From Octopus sinensis (lineage: Eukaryota), in assembly GCF_006345805.1 (NCBI RefSeq), contig NC_043002.1:56978001-57042000 (forward strand): DNA of 64,000 nucleotides, written 5' to 3'. Positions 54,175 to 64,000 of this stretch are shown here, one piece after another (the stretch's first letter is position 1; the number at the start of each line of letters is the position of its first letter). Both the position numbers and the translations under genes were made by a program. The notes below the pieces were generated by a model, which did not search any database, was not told the DNA's origin, and saw only the letters and a list, made by a program, of their open reading frames with translations.

Positions 54175-54770
54175 TGTGTGTGGCTCCAAAATAAATCGAG
54201 ATGGTGACTGCACTCCAGAAATAAGACGGCGGATAGTACTAGGCAGAGAGGCAATGGTCAGCATGAGCAGGGTCTGGAAGAGTAGAGACATCAGACTCTC
54301 TACCAAATGCAGATTGGGGAATGCAATTGTCTTCCCAATAGCAACATATGGATGCGAGACCTGGAGACTAAAGAAAGCTGACCATAAGAGAATTTATGCA
54401 TTCGAGCTTTGGTGTTGGAGAAGACTTTTACGGATTCCATGGACAGCGAGGCTCACCAATGGAGAAGTTCTTAAGCAGATCAGGCCGAAAATGTCGCTAG
54501 AAGCTAGGATCACTAAGCATAAATTGGCATATTTTGGTCATATTATGCGGAGAAAATCCCTGGAGAAGGACATCATGCTCGGAATGGTCAGTGGCAAGAG
54601 AGGAAGAGGCCGACCAAGAACCCGCTGGCTTGACACTATCAAGAGTGATACCGGAATGGACATAGCCAATCTGAAAGAAGCGGCCCAGGATAGAGCTGAC
54701 TGGAGGACACTGATCCATCGAGTAACCGAGAGTCAACTTCGACTGAGCGGATAGATAGATAGATAGTATA
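54175..54770 (+). mobile_element. BovB-like RTE LINE 3' end, uninterrupted frame, (ATAG)n tail
   Basis: GDCTPEIRRRIVLGR..YGCETW..AFELWCWRRLLRIPWTAR..YFGHIMRR.SLEKDIMLG..GKRGRGRPRTRWLD..LSG*. Confidence 0.9.
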
Positions 54771-54785
54771 TATATCTTGTGCGTG

Positions 54786-54881
<96 letters not shown>

Positions 54882-55567
54882 CCTCTTTGTAAATATAATG
54901 ATCTTGCATCGCTCTCGGCGCTGACTATTCCAGCTGTATGAGCAATAAATTAAATCATAAGTATAAGTGGCTGTATACTCCGCAGGCGTTTCTATCCCTT
55001 GACCTCTTAACATAATCCTCGAGTAAGGACTTCCGAGAGAAAGCTCCCAAAACAGAACACGCGGGAGACGACAGCTTTCGGGCTCCAAGTTGACCAGGGT
55101 GAGATGGTTCAGGGAATTGCGTTCTCATGTTTCAAGGAATCTGTCGGGCTCACAGAGCCAAGGAAGGGTCAATCAGTTATCTGGGTCACCTCCATGTCTT
55201 TCCAGGGCCACTGGACCAATGTACTTGCCTCAAGCAAACCGAGACACGACAAGAATGACCAGTATGCGCCTCTCATAGGCTTCCGCATAGCTTTCTTCCT
55301 CTCAGTTTATTAAACAAGGCTTAGTGGGGTTCAGCGAATATATGACAGAAGGTGTCGAGCTTGACATTGAAATCAGACCCTTGTGATAACGAAAGACATG
55401 ATGTACATAAAAGGTGGCGGGGAAGCTATTTGGGAATTGAGATGGTTCAGAGACCTAGTTTGGGTTCAGCTGGTGCCCTGTTGATCTAGCTACATGGTCA
55501 AGTATATAATAATATAAAAATATTATATTTCTAAATCTCTCATAAAGATTTATGCAGTAGCAGCACG

Positions 55568-56081
55568 ATAAAGAGATGGTATGTTGTCAACTTAATGTGA
55601 CAGTCCCATGAAAGGGAAGAATACTACTGTTATTTAGCCCTAGGAAACACCGTTGCCAGTTGGCCATGACACTGTGTCCTTATGTTTTCAAAATGGAGAC
55701 AAGCACCTCCACCCAACAAAGCCAGCATCCAGAGACTAGTTTCAGAGTCATTGCTCATCATCAGTCTGGAGTAGCATGGCTTGCTAGTTGTCGATGCCTA
55801 TCCGCCTTTGAATGCATTTCACTTGAAATATATGTTTTCAAAGGCAGATAGGCATCGACAGCTGGCAAGCCATGCTACTCCAGACTGATGATGAGCAATG
55901 ACTCTGAAACTAGTCTCTGAATGCTGGCTTTGTTGGGTGGAGGTGCTTGTCTCCACTTTGAAAACATAAGGACACAGTGTCATGGCCAACTGGCAACGGT
56001 ATTTCTTAGGGCTAAATAGCAGTAGCATTCTTCCCTTTCATGGGACTATCACATTAAGTTGACAACATACCATCACTTTAT
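55568..56081. repeat. Fold-back element (~245-bp arms, 24-nt spacer) with an HHR in each arm
   Basis: Arms ~55568-55812 and 55837-56081 are reverse complements. Confidence 0.85.
55728..55770 (-). ncRNA. Minimal type I hammerhead ribozyme
   Basis: UCCAGA CUGAUGA U-GAG-CAAUGA-CUC-U GAAA C-UA-G UC^UCUGGA: perfect 6-bp stem I, palindromic stem III (ACUAGU), GUC triplet. Mirror copy at 55879-55921 (+) has one stem I mismatch. Confidence 0.82.
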
Positions 56082-56566
56082 ATAATAATAATTCTCAGGA
56101 AGGCAGGGATCTGTAGAATTGTGAGCATACCGGACAAAATGCTCAGCGTAATTTCATCCATCTTTACATTCCGAGTTCCAATTTCGTTGAGGTTAACTTT
56201 GCCTTTCATCCTCTCGATGGCGATAAAATAAGTACCATTCGCATACTGGGGTCAATGTAATCGAATTGCTTCTCTTTCTAAATGGCTGGTCCTGTGCAAG
56301 AATTTGAAACCAATAACAACTCTCTCTGTTATAGCAACAAGCATTGATATTTTATGGCAAGGGACTCGTCAATTACATTGACAACCAGTACACAACTGGT
56401 ACTTATTTTATTGACTCCGAAAGGATGGAAGGCAAAGACGAGCTCGGTGCAATTTGAACTCAGAATATAAAGACAGACGAAATGCCGCTAAGCATTTTGC
56501 CTGGAATATCCATACATCCATATTTGTCTGTCTGTCTGTCTGGCATCTATCTATCTATCTATCTAC

Positions 56567-56620
<54 letters not shown>

Positions 56621-56729
56621 TCTATATATATATATATATATATATAATGATAATATGTATATATGTATGTATGTATATATATATATATGTATATATATTA
56701 TGTATATACGCATATATATCGTATAATAT

Positions 56730-56811
<82 letters not shown>

Positions 56812-56888
56812 CATACATACATTTGTTTTTAGTTTCAGCTCAGAGCTGCGGCCATGCTGATGCACCGCCGTTTTGTGCTACAATGTTA

Positions 56889-57800
56889 TTACGACGAACC
56901 TCGTCTAATATGTGGCACTTGGTGAAGAATGGAGTTTGATACAGCTACTCTCATTTGCACCTCTTGCTGTGAGGTAGGTTCATCTGGGACTCTTGACAGG
57001 AAGTTGTCCAGCTTTGATTTAAAAACCGCTACATCTACTTTGTGCGAGTTTCTCAGACTCTTTGGGAGAATATTAAAAAGCTGTGGGCCCTTGAAACCCA
57101 AGCTATTGCAGAAGCTGGTCCTGAAGCGTGATGGCATTGCTGGGATCTTTGGCACTATGCAGTGTCGTTCCGTTCTAGCATTGGTGTAGCTTACAATGCC
57201 AAAATTTGGCACAATTCCTTCCAGGATATTCCAGACATATATCACTGCATAGCTCTCCCGTCTTCTCTCCAGGGAGTAGAGTCTTAGCTGTTTCAACCTT
57301 TCCCAGTAGCTGAGCTGTTGCAAAGAGACGATCTTCTTTGTGAATCTTCTCTGGATTGCTTCAAGGTCCGCTGTTAATTTTACACTGGTGGGTGACCATA
57401 GCTGTGAGCAGTAATCCAGGCGACAGAGGACGAATGTCCGCCAGAGGACCATCATGGTTTCATTATCTCTGGTTCTGAATGTTCTTAGGATCCACCCAGC
57501 CAGTCGTCTGCACTTTGTCGCCATCCTGGTAATGTGCACTTGGAAAGAGGTATCATCACTCATGTCGATACCCAGGTCCCTCACAGACTTAGGCTCTGGG
57601 ATTGAAATTCCCTGTGGACCGGTGTATCCTGTAAGTTTAATATTCGGTTTTGGATGCTGGTAGCGCAGGGCCTGGAATTGGAATTTTTCAGCATTAAACT
57701 GCATATCATTATCCTCAGCCCATCTGTAGATTGAGTCCAACTCCTGCTGCAGGTGTGCAACATCGCTGGGGTTCTGTATTTTCTGCGGGACTTTCGTATC
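56889..57800 (-). mobile_element. CR1/L2-like LINE 3' portion (RT C-half), single open frame
   Basis: SYADDTKV, WAEDNDMQFNAEKFQ, RDLGI, RLDYCSQLWSP, LEAIQRRFTK, YWERLKQLRLYSLERRR. Confidence 0.9.
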
Positions 57801-57888
57801 GTCTGCATAGCTGGCCAGAGTGGCTATCCGGGCATTTGAGTCTCTCATAAGTCTCTCATGTTTTTTTTTATATACATGCATATATATA

Positions 57889-57939
<51 letters not shown>

Positions 57940-58029
57940 AATAATAAATATTAGGGAATAAATCCAAATTTACAGGGAAAAAATCAGATTTAGGATTAAA
58001 TCCAATTTTATATATAAAATATTATAAAA

Positions 58030-58303
58030 TATTATAGAGACAAAACCACTATTTTGCAAAACAAACAAGGAAAGACTTAATCAATACATAAAATTTTAAT
58101 ATATAAAAAAAACCGCCACTACAATTGTTTCTTGTCTTGATCGACATAATTTGAAACTGACTTATTGGAAGTCCACCTGAAGATTGTCGATCAAGACAAG
58201 AAACAATTGTAGTGGCGGTTTTTTTGACTATTTATTAAAATTTTATGTATGATTAGTCTTTCCTTGTTTGTTTTGCAAAATAGTGGTTTTGGTCTCTAAT
58301 AAT
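58030..58303. repeat. Fold-back element (~120-bp arms) in (TA)n, with an HHR in the right arm
   Basis: Arms ~58030-58150 and ~58181-58303 are reverse complements. The left arm lacks the CUGA half of the ribozyme, which lies in the spacer. Confidence 0.85.
58173..58215 (+). ncRNA. Minimal type I hammerhead ribozyme
   Basis: CCAC CUGAAGA UUGUC-GAUCAA-GACAA GAAA C-AAUU-G UA^GUGG: 4-bp stem I, 5-bp stem II, palindromic stem III (ACAAUUGU), GUA triplet. Confidence 0.82.
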
Positions 58304-58316
58304 ATTTTATATATAT

Positions 58317-58347
<31 letters not shown>

Positions 58348-59109
58348 TATATATATGTGTGGTGTATACATATGCATATATATATGCATGTATGTATTAT
58401 ATGTATATATATATGTATATATATATGTATATATATGTATATATATATGTATATATATAAATATGTATATGCATACGTACATATATATATATATACATAT
58501 GTATATATATATATATATATGTATATGGTTACATACATACATACATATATACATATGTATATATATGTATATATATATGTGTGTGTTTATATATATACAC
58601 ATATGCATATATATATACATACTTATTTATCTATCTATATATGTATTTTATTATATATATATATATATACAAAATTAGAAAATGGAGAAACATACTTAAA
58701 TCAATAAAACATCAACTATCAGATGATACCCAATCAATACTTTTAGCTGTCAGATATGATTTAATTACATATTATATTTTATATTTTATACTTATATTTC
58801 CTTGTCTATTTACATTTACTGTATATTTTGTATAATGCCTTTACTGATATGTAATGGTGTAATAAAGTATTGGGGGTATCATCTGATAGTTGATGTTTAT
58901 TGATTTAAGTATGTTTCTCCATTTTCTAATTTTGTAGTATTAATTACGGTAATATTATTACCTTTGCCCATATAATACAATAGATGAACTGATTGTTTGG
59001 CAATTTTTAACATCTATGTATTAGCCTTGTTGGGTACCTATCTAGCAGTATATTGGATATATGTTATCCCATGGTGGGTTGAATTTTCAACCCCTATCTC
59101 ATTTTATAA

Positions 59110-59140
<31 letters not shown>

Positions 59141-59145
<5 letters not shown>

Positions 59146-59360
59146 TTTATTTAAAGCAACAGAAAATTCAACAAATCTGTTCAGCTCTGAGTTCTCGTTG
59201 CCGTTCATCAGACAGTTTTTGCTAGAAATGGATACCGATATATCTATTCAATCTAGACTCTTACAAACGCTACACCTTTAAAAAAATGACTTGTTTGATG
59301 GCCCTTTAGAAATAACGGTCAATCTTCGAGCGATAAACAAAAAAAGCTCAAAATATATGT
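59141..59360. repeat. Left outer arm of the 3.9-kb fold-back (inverted repeat of 62866-63083), with a degenerate HHR at 59177-59215 (-)
   Basis: tactttatttaaagcaacagaaaattcaac... is the reverse complement of ...gttgaattttctgctgctttaaataaagca at 63055-63083 over about 220 bp. Confidence 0.85.
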
Positions 59361-59394
59361 TATATATATATTGATATATATATATATATATATA

Positions 59395-60090
59395 TAAATT
59401 ATAAAAATTATAAAATCGAGGAAAAAACCTTACATTGATAAAATACTTATTGACGTTAATGAAGAAAAGTATATATGCATAGAAATTAAACTATTATAAA
59501 TATTACACTGCAATACAGATTTATATTAAGTTGTACATATATATATCAACATACACAGAAGGATGCGTGCAAACGCCATACATATACAGACGTATAAATA
59601 TAAATCTAAAATATACACATAAATGCAATGCGTACTAATATGCACGCAATCTATCTCGCACACAAGTTAAAAATCATTCGATGTAGCGATTCTCAATACT
59701 GAGTAAAGCTTAAGTAAGGGGGACGTAAAGTTTGGCATCAGTATCAGTTTAGAAAAAAAGAGAGAAAGGAAGTATATGAGAATCGCTACATCGATGATTT
59801 TTAACTTTGGTGCGAGATAGATTGCGTGGCATATATGTACGCATGCATTATGTGTAATATTTAGATTTATATTTATACGTCTGTATATGTGGCGTTTGCA
59901 CGCCATCCTTCTGTGTATGATGTTGATATATATATATGTACACTTTAATATAAATATGTATTGCAGTGTAATATTATAATAGGTTTTAATTTCTATGCAC
60001 TAATTATACTTTCTTCATTACGTCAATATGTATTTTATTCAATGTAAGTTTTTTCCTCGAATTTTATAATTTTTATAATTTTTTTATATA
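59395..60090. repeat. ~300-bp-arm hairpin (arms ~59395-59699 and ~59772-60090, ~72-nt loop)
   Basis: The arms are reverse complements with scattered 1-2 nt indels; flanked by (TA)n. Confidence 0.85.
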
Positions 60091-60102
60091 TATATATATA
60101 TA

Positions 60103-62858
60103 CATTTAGCAATTAAGGACAACTACTTAATAGGAAAACTTAACAAGAAATTGTCAGGTAGATAGCGTAAAAACCTCATAAGAGAAAAAATTTCGAAAAT
60201 AATTATTTCTTATTGAACATATTAATTTATATATGAGGGCATTATACATACATGCAGGAGGCATTCTACATACACGCCATAACGCTAAGAGGACAATCAG
60301 TCATTTCTACCAAAAATATTACTAATCCCACCGAATGCATTTTTCAAAGAAAGACATTTAAAAATATATAGACCTGTATCACAGTGATTTCATACTTACG
60401 TAATCATCAGCAGGCCTGAATATACTATAAATAAACAACGACCCTGCTTCGCTTAAGCCGATCAGCTAACTAACTGATCAACATCAACGAAGCACATGGG
60501 TGGGTTATATATACTATATCCGGATGAATGGCAAACTTTTACGAATTGCATTTCGGGAGAGGAAAAGTTTTTTCGGAATAAAATTTAGCATTAAGGACAA
60601 CTACTAATAAGGAAAACTTAACAAGAAATGTCAGGTAGATAGCGTAAAAACCTCATAAGAGAAAAAATTTCGAAAATAATTATTTCTTATTGAACATATT
60701 AATTTATATATAGAGGGCATTATACATACATGCCAGGAGGCATTCTACATACACGCCATACGCTAAGAGGACAATCAGTCATTTCTACCAAAAATATACT
60801 AATCCCACCGAATGCAATTTTTCAAGAAAGACATTTAAAAATATATAGACCTGTATCACAGTGATTTCATACTTACGTAATCATCAGCAGCCTGAATATA
60901 ACATAAATAACAACGACCCTGCTTCGCTTAAGCCGATCAGCTAACTGATCAACATCAACGAAGCACATGGGTGGGTTTATATATACTCAATCCGGATGAA
61001 TGGCAAACTTTTACGAATTGCATTCGGGAGAGGAAATTTTTTTCGGAATAAAAATTTTTTTCCGAATTTTTATTCCGAAAAACTTTTCCTCTCCCAAATG
61101 CAATTCGTAAAAGTTTGCCATTCATCCGGATATAGTATATAAACCCACCCATGTGCTTCGTTGATGTTGATCAGTTAGCTGATCGGCTAAGCGAAGCAGG
61201 GTCGTTGTTTATTTATAGTATTTTCAGGCCTGCTGATGATTACGTAAGTATGAAATCACTGTGATTACAGGTCTATATATTTTTAAATGTCTTTCTTTGA
61301 AAAATTGCATTCGGTGGGATTAGTAATATTTTTGGTAGAAATGACTGATTGTCCCTCTTAGCGTATGGCGTGTATGTAGAATGCCTCCTGGCATGTATGT
61401 ATAATGCCCTCTCTATATATAAATTAATATGTTCAATAAGAAATAATTATTTTCGAAATTTTTTCTCTTATGAGGTTTTTACGCTATCTACCTGACAATT
61501 TCTTGTTAAGTTTTCCTTATTAAGTAGTTGTCCTTAATTGCTAATTTTTATTCCGAAAAACTTTTCCTCTCCCGAAATGCAATTCGTAAAAGTTTGCCAT
61601 TCATCCGGATATAGTATATATAAACCCACCCATGTGCTTCGTTGATGTTGATCAGTAGCTGATCGGCTTAAGCGAAGCAGGTCGTTGTTTATTTATAGTA
61701 TATTCAGGCCTGCTGATGATTACGTAAGTATGAAATCACTGTGATACAGTCTATATATTTTTAAATGTCTTTCTTTGAAAAATTGCATTCGGTGGGATTA
61801 GTAATATTTTTGTAGAATGACTGATTGTCCCTCTTAGCGTATGGCGTGTATGTAGAATGCCTCCTGGCATGTATGTATAATGCCCTCTCTATATATATTA
61901 ATATGTTCAATAAGAAATAATTATTTTCGAAATTTTTTCTCTTATGAGGTTTTTACGCTATCTACCTGACAATTTCTTGTTAAGTTTTCCTTATTAAGTA
62001 GTTGTCCTTAATTGCTAAATTTTTATTCCGAAAAAACTTTTCCTCTCCCGAAATGCAATTCGTAAAAGTTTGCCATTCATCCGGATATAGTATATATAAA
62101 CCCACCCATGTGCTTCGTTGATGTTGTCAGTTAGCTGATCGGCTTAGCGAAGCAGGGTCGTTGTTTATTTATAGTATATTCAGGCCTGCTGATGATTACG
62201 TAGTATGAAATCACTGTGATACAGGTCTATATATTTTTAAATGTCTTTCTTTGAAAAATTGCATTCGGTGGGATTAGTAATATTTTTGGTAGAAATGACT
62301 GATTGTCCCTCTTAGCGTATGGCGTGTATGTAAGAATGCCTCCTGGCATGTATGTATAATGCCCTCTATATATCAATTTAATATGTTCAATAAGAAATAA
62401 TTATTTTCGAAATTTTTTCTCTTATGAGTTTTTACGCTATCTACCTGACAATTTCTTGTTAAGTTTTCCTTATTAAGTAGTTGTCCTTAATTGCTAATTT
62501 TTATTCCGAAAAAACTTTTCCTCTCCCGAAATGCAATTCGTAAAAGTTTGCCATTCATCCGGATATAGTATATATACCCACCCATGTGCTTCGTTGATGT
62601 TGATCAGTTAGCTGATCGGCTTAAGCGAAGTCAGGGTCGTTGTTTATTTATAGTATAGGCCTTTCAGCCCTGCTGATGATCGTAAGTATGAAATCACGTA
62701 TACAGGTCTATATATTTTTAAATGTCTTTCTTTGAAAAATTGCATTCGGTGGGATTAGTAATATTTTGTTAGAAATGACTGATTGTCCCTCTTAGCGTAT
62801 GGCGTGTATGTAGAATGCCTCCTGGCATGTATGTATAATGCCCTCTATATATAAATTA
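60103..62858. mobile_element. Head-to-head tandem array of a ~477-bp HHR-containing unit (2 copies one way, 3 full + 1 partial the other way)
   Basis: Forward units start ~60103 and ~60584; turn at ~61055-61066; reverse units ~61067-61544, 61545-62019, 62020-62497, 62498-62858. HHR spacing is 476-484 bp. Copies differ mainly by 1-nt indels. Confidence 0.8.
60370..60417 (-). ncRNA. Type I hammerhead ribozyme (consensus-matching copy of the 477-bp unit)
   Basis: AGGCCUG CUGAUGA U-UAC-GUAA-GUA-U GAAA UCAC-U-GUGA UA^CAGGUCU: 7-bp stem I (one G.U), GNRA-capped stem II, near-palindromic stem III, AUA triplet. Other copies at 60847-60893 (-), 61226-61274, 61706-61752, 62182-62228 and 62666-62709 (+), each with small indels. 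Confidence 0.8.
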
Positions 62859-62865
62859 TATATAT

Positions 62866-63083
62866 ATACATATTTTTTGAGCTTTTTTTGTTTTCGCTCG
62901 AAAATTGACCGTTATTTCTAAAGGGCCAATCAAACAAGTCCATTTTTTTAAAGGTGTAGCGTTTTAAGAGTCTAGATTGAATTGATATATCGGTTCCATT
63001 CTAGGAAAAACTGTCTGATTACGGCAACGAGAAACTCAGAGTAACAGATTTTGTTGAATTTTCTGCTGCTTTAAATAAAGCAT
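62866..63083. repeat. Right outer arm of the 3.9-kb fold-back, with a degenerate HHR at 63011-63047 (+)
   Basis: ctgt ctgatta cggcaacga gaaa ctcagag ta acag; inverted copy of 59141-59360. Confidence 0.85.
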
Positions 63084-63146
63084 ATTTCTCTACCACTGGT
63101 ATTTGAGTACTCTTTTTTCCACCTTGGTTGCACATTTATGGTCTCC

Positions 63147-63211
<65 letters not shown>

Positions 63212-63682
63212 TGTAGAGAGAGACGAAGAGGGAGACTGGAAAAATGTATGCATTTTCCAAGTCATATCTATTTATAATCTCAATTGTAGCAGTGTGCACA
63301 CACACACACACAGAAGCACACATATTCACTCTTTCTCATAAACATACGTTCACATACACACACACATACACACACACACGCATCATAGATAAGAATTTAC
63401 ATAGGTATGTATGTTCTGGTTTTATTTTTAAAATTTCTCACCAACAAAGAGCCGGTTCCTAACCTAGAAACAAGCTTTCATAGGAATTTAGGTGTATGTA
63501 TGTATGTATGTATGTATGTATGTATGTATGTATGTATGTATGTATGTATGTATGTATGTCATTGTTTAATTTTATTTCAAGATTTCTTGCCAATAAAGAA
63601 AGAGTCAGTTACTAACCTAGATCTAAGGCTCCTACATTAGAATTTCAACATCAACAACAGGGTACTTTTGCTTGTATGTATG

Positions 63683-63713
<31 letters not shown>

Positions 63714-64000
63714 ATGTATGTATGAATTTATGTATGCATGTAAGTATGTATGCATGCATGTATGTATATGTGCAGATTTGTATGCTTTGTTTTATGTATG
63801 TTTCTCATGCATATATCAGGTCATCCCATAAGTTCTGTCCGAATTATGAATTAAGAAAATAAGTGATCAAATGTTATATTTAATTGAAATTTAATCATCA
63901 ATATACTTTCTCTGATTATCTAAGACTTCTTTTCATCTATTTACAAGCTTTTTTAATCATAACAATGTAAAACTCTTTTGGTTTCATAGCGAAGAACTCT

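Noticed and set aside
55000-55330. GC-richer island with a ~100-codon plus-strand frame
   Set aside because: No recognisable motif or splice sites; probably an unclassified repeat fragment.

Overview
AT-rich, repeat-saturated eukaryotic DNA. The SINE families and (TA)n/(CA)n/(TAA)n load suggest an octopus-type cephalopod (inference). One clear host gene is present: POLR1C/RPC40 (shared RNA polymerase I/III AC40 subunit) on the minus strand, with two coding exons (15750-15114, 9444-9065; 338 aa) and a 5.7-kb intron. Most of the rest is tRNA-derived SINEs, LINE fragments (RTE, BovB-like, CR1/L2-like, R4-like, CRE-like, Penelope), DNA transposons (mariner, Tc1/maT-like, hAT, Merlin-like MITEs), microsatellites and a 100-N gap. 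The main discovery is a set of minimal type I hammerhead ribozymes (HHRs) from several unrelated sequence families, read by eye. They include a 353-bp tandem retrozyme-like array (52.7-53.5 kb), a ~477-bp six-unit head-to-head array inside a 3.9-kb nested fold-back (59.1-63.1 kb), several short fold-back elements with the same HHR polarity (5.4, 33.9, 55.8, 58.2 kb), and two degenerate tRNA-head-plus-HHR elements, one fused to a Penelope RT/GIY-YIG remnant. Together these suggest a Penelope-driven ribozyme retroelement system inserting into (TA)n tracts. Ribozyme activity and the true copy number of the 59-63 kb array are untested.
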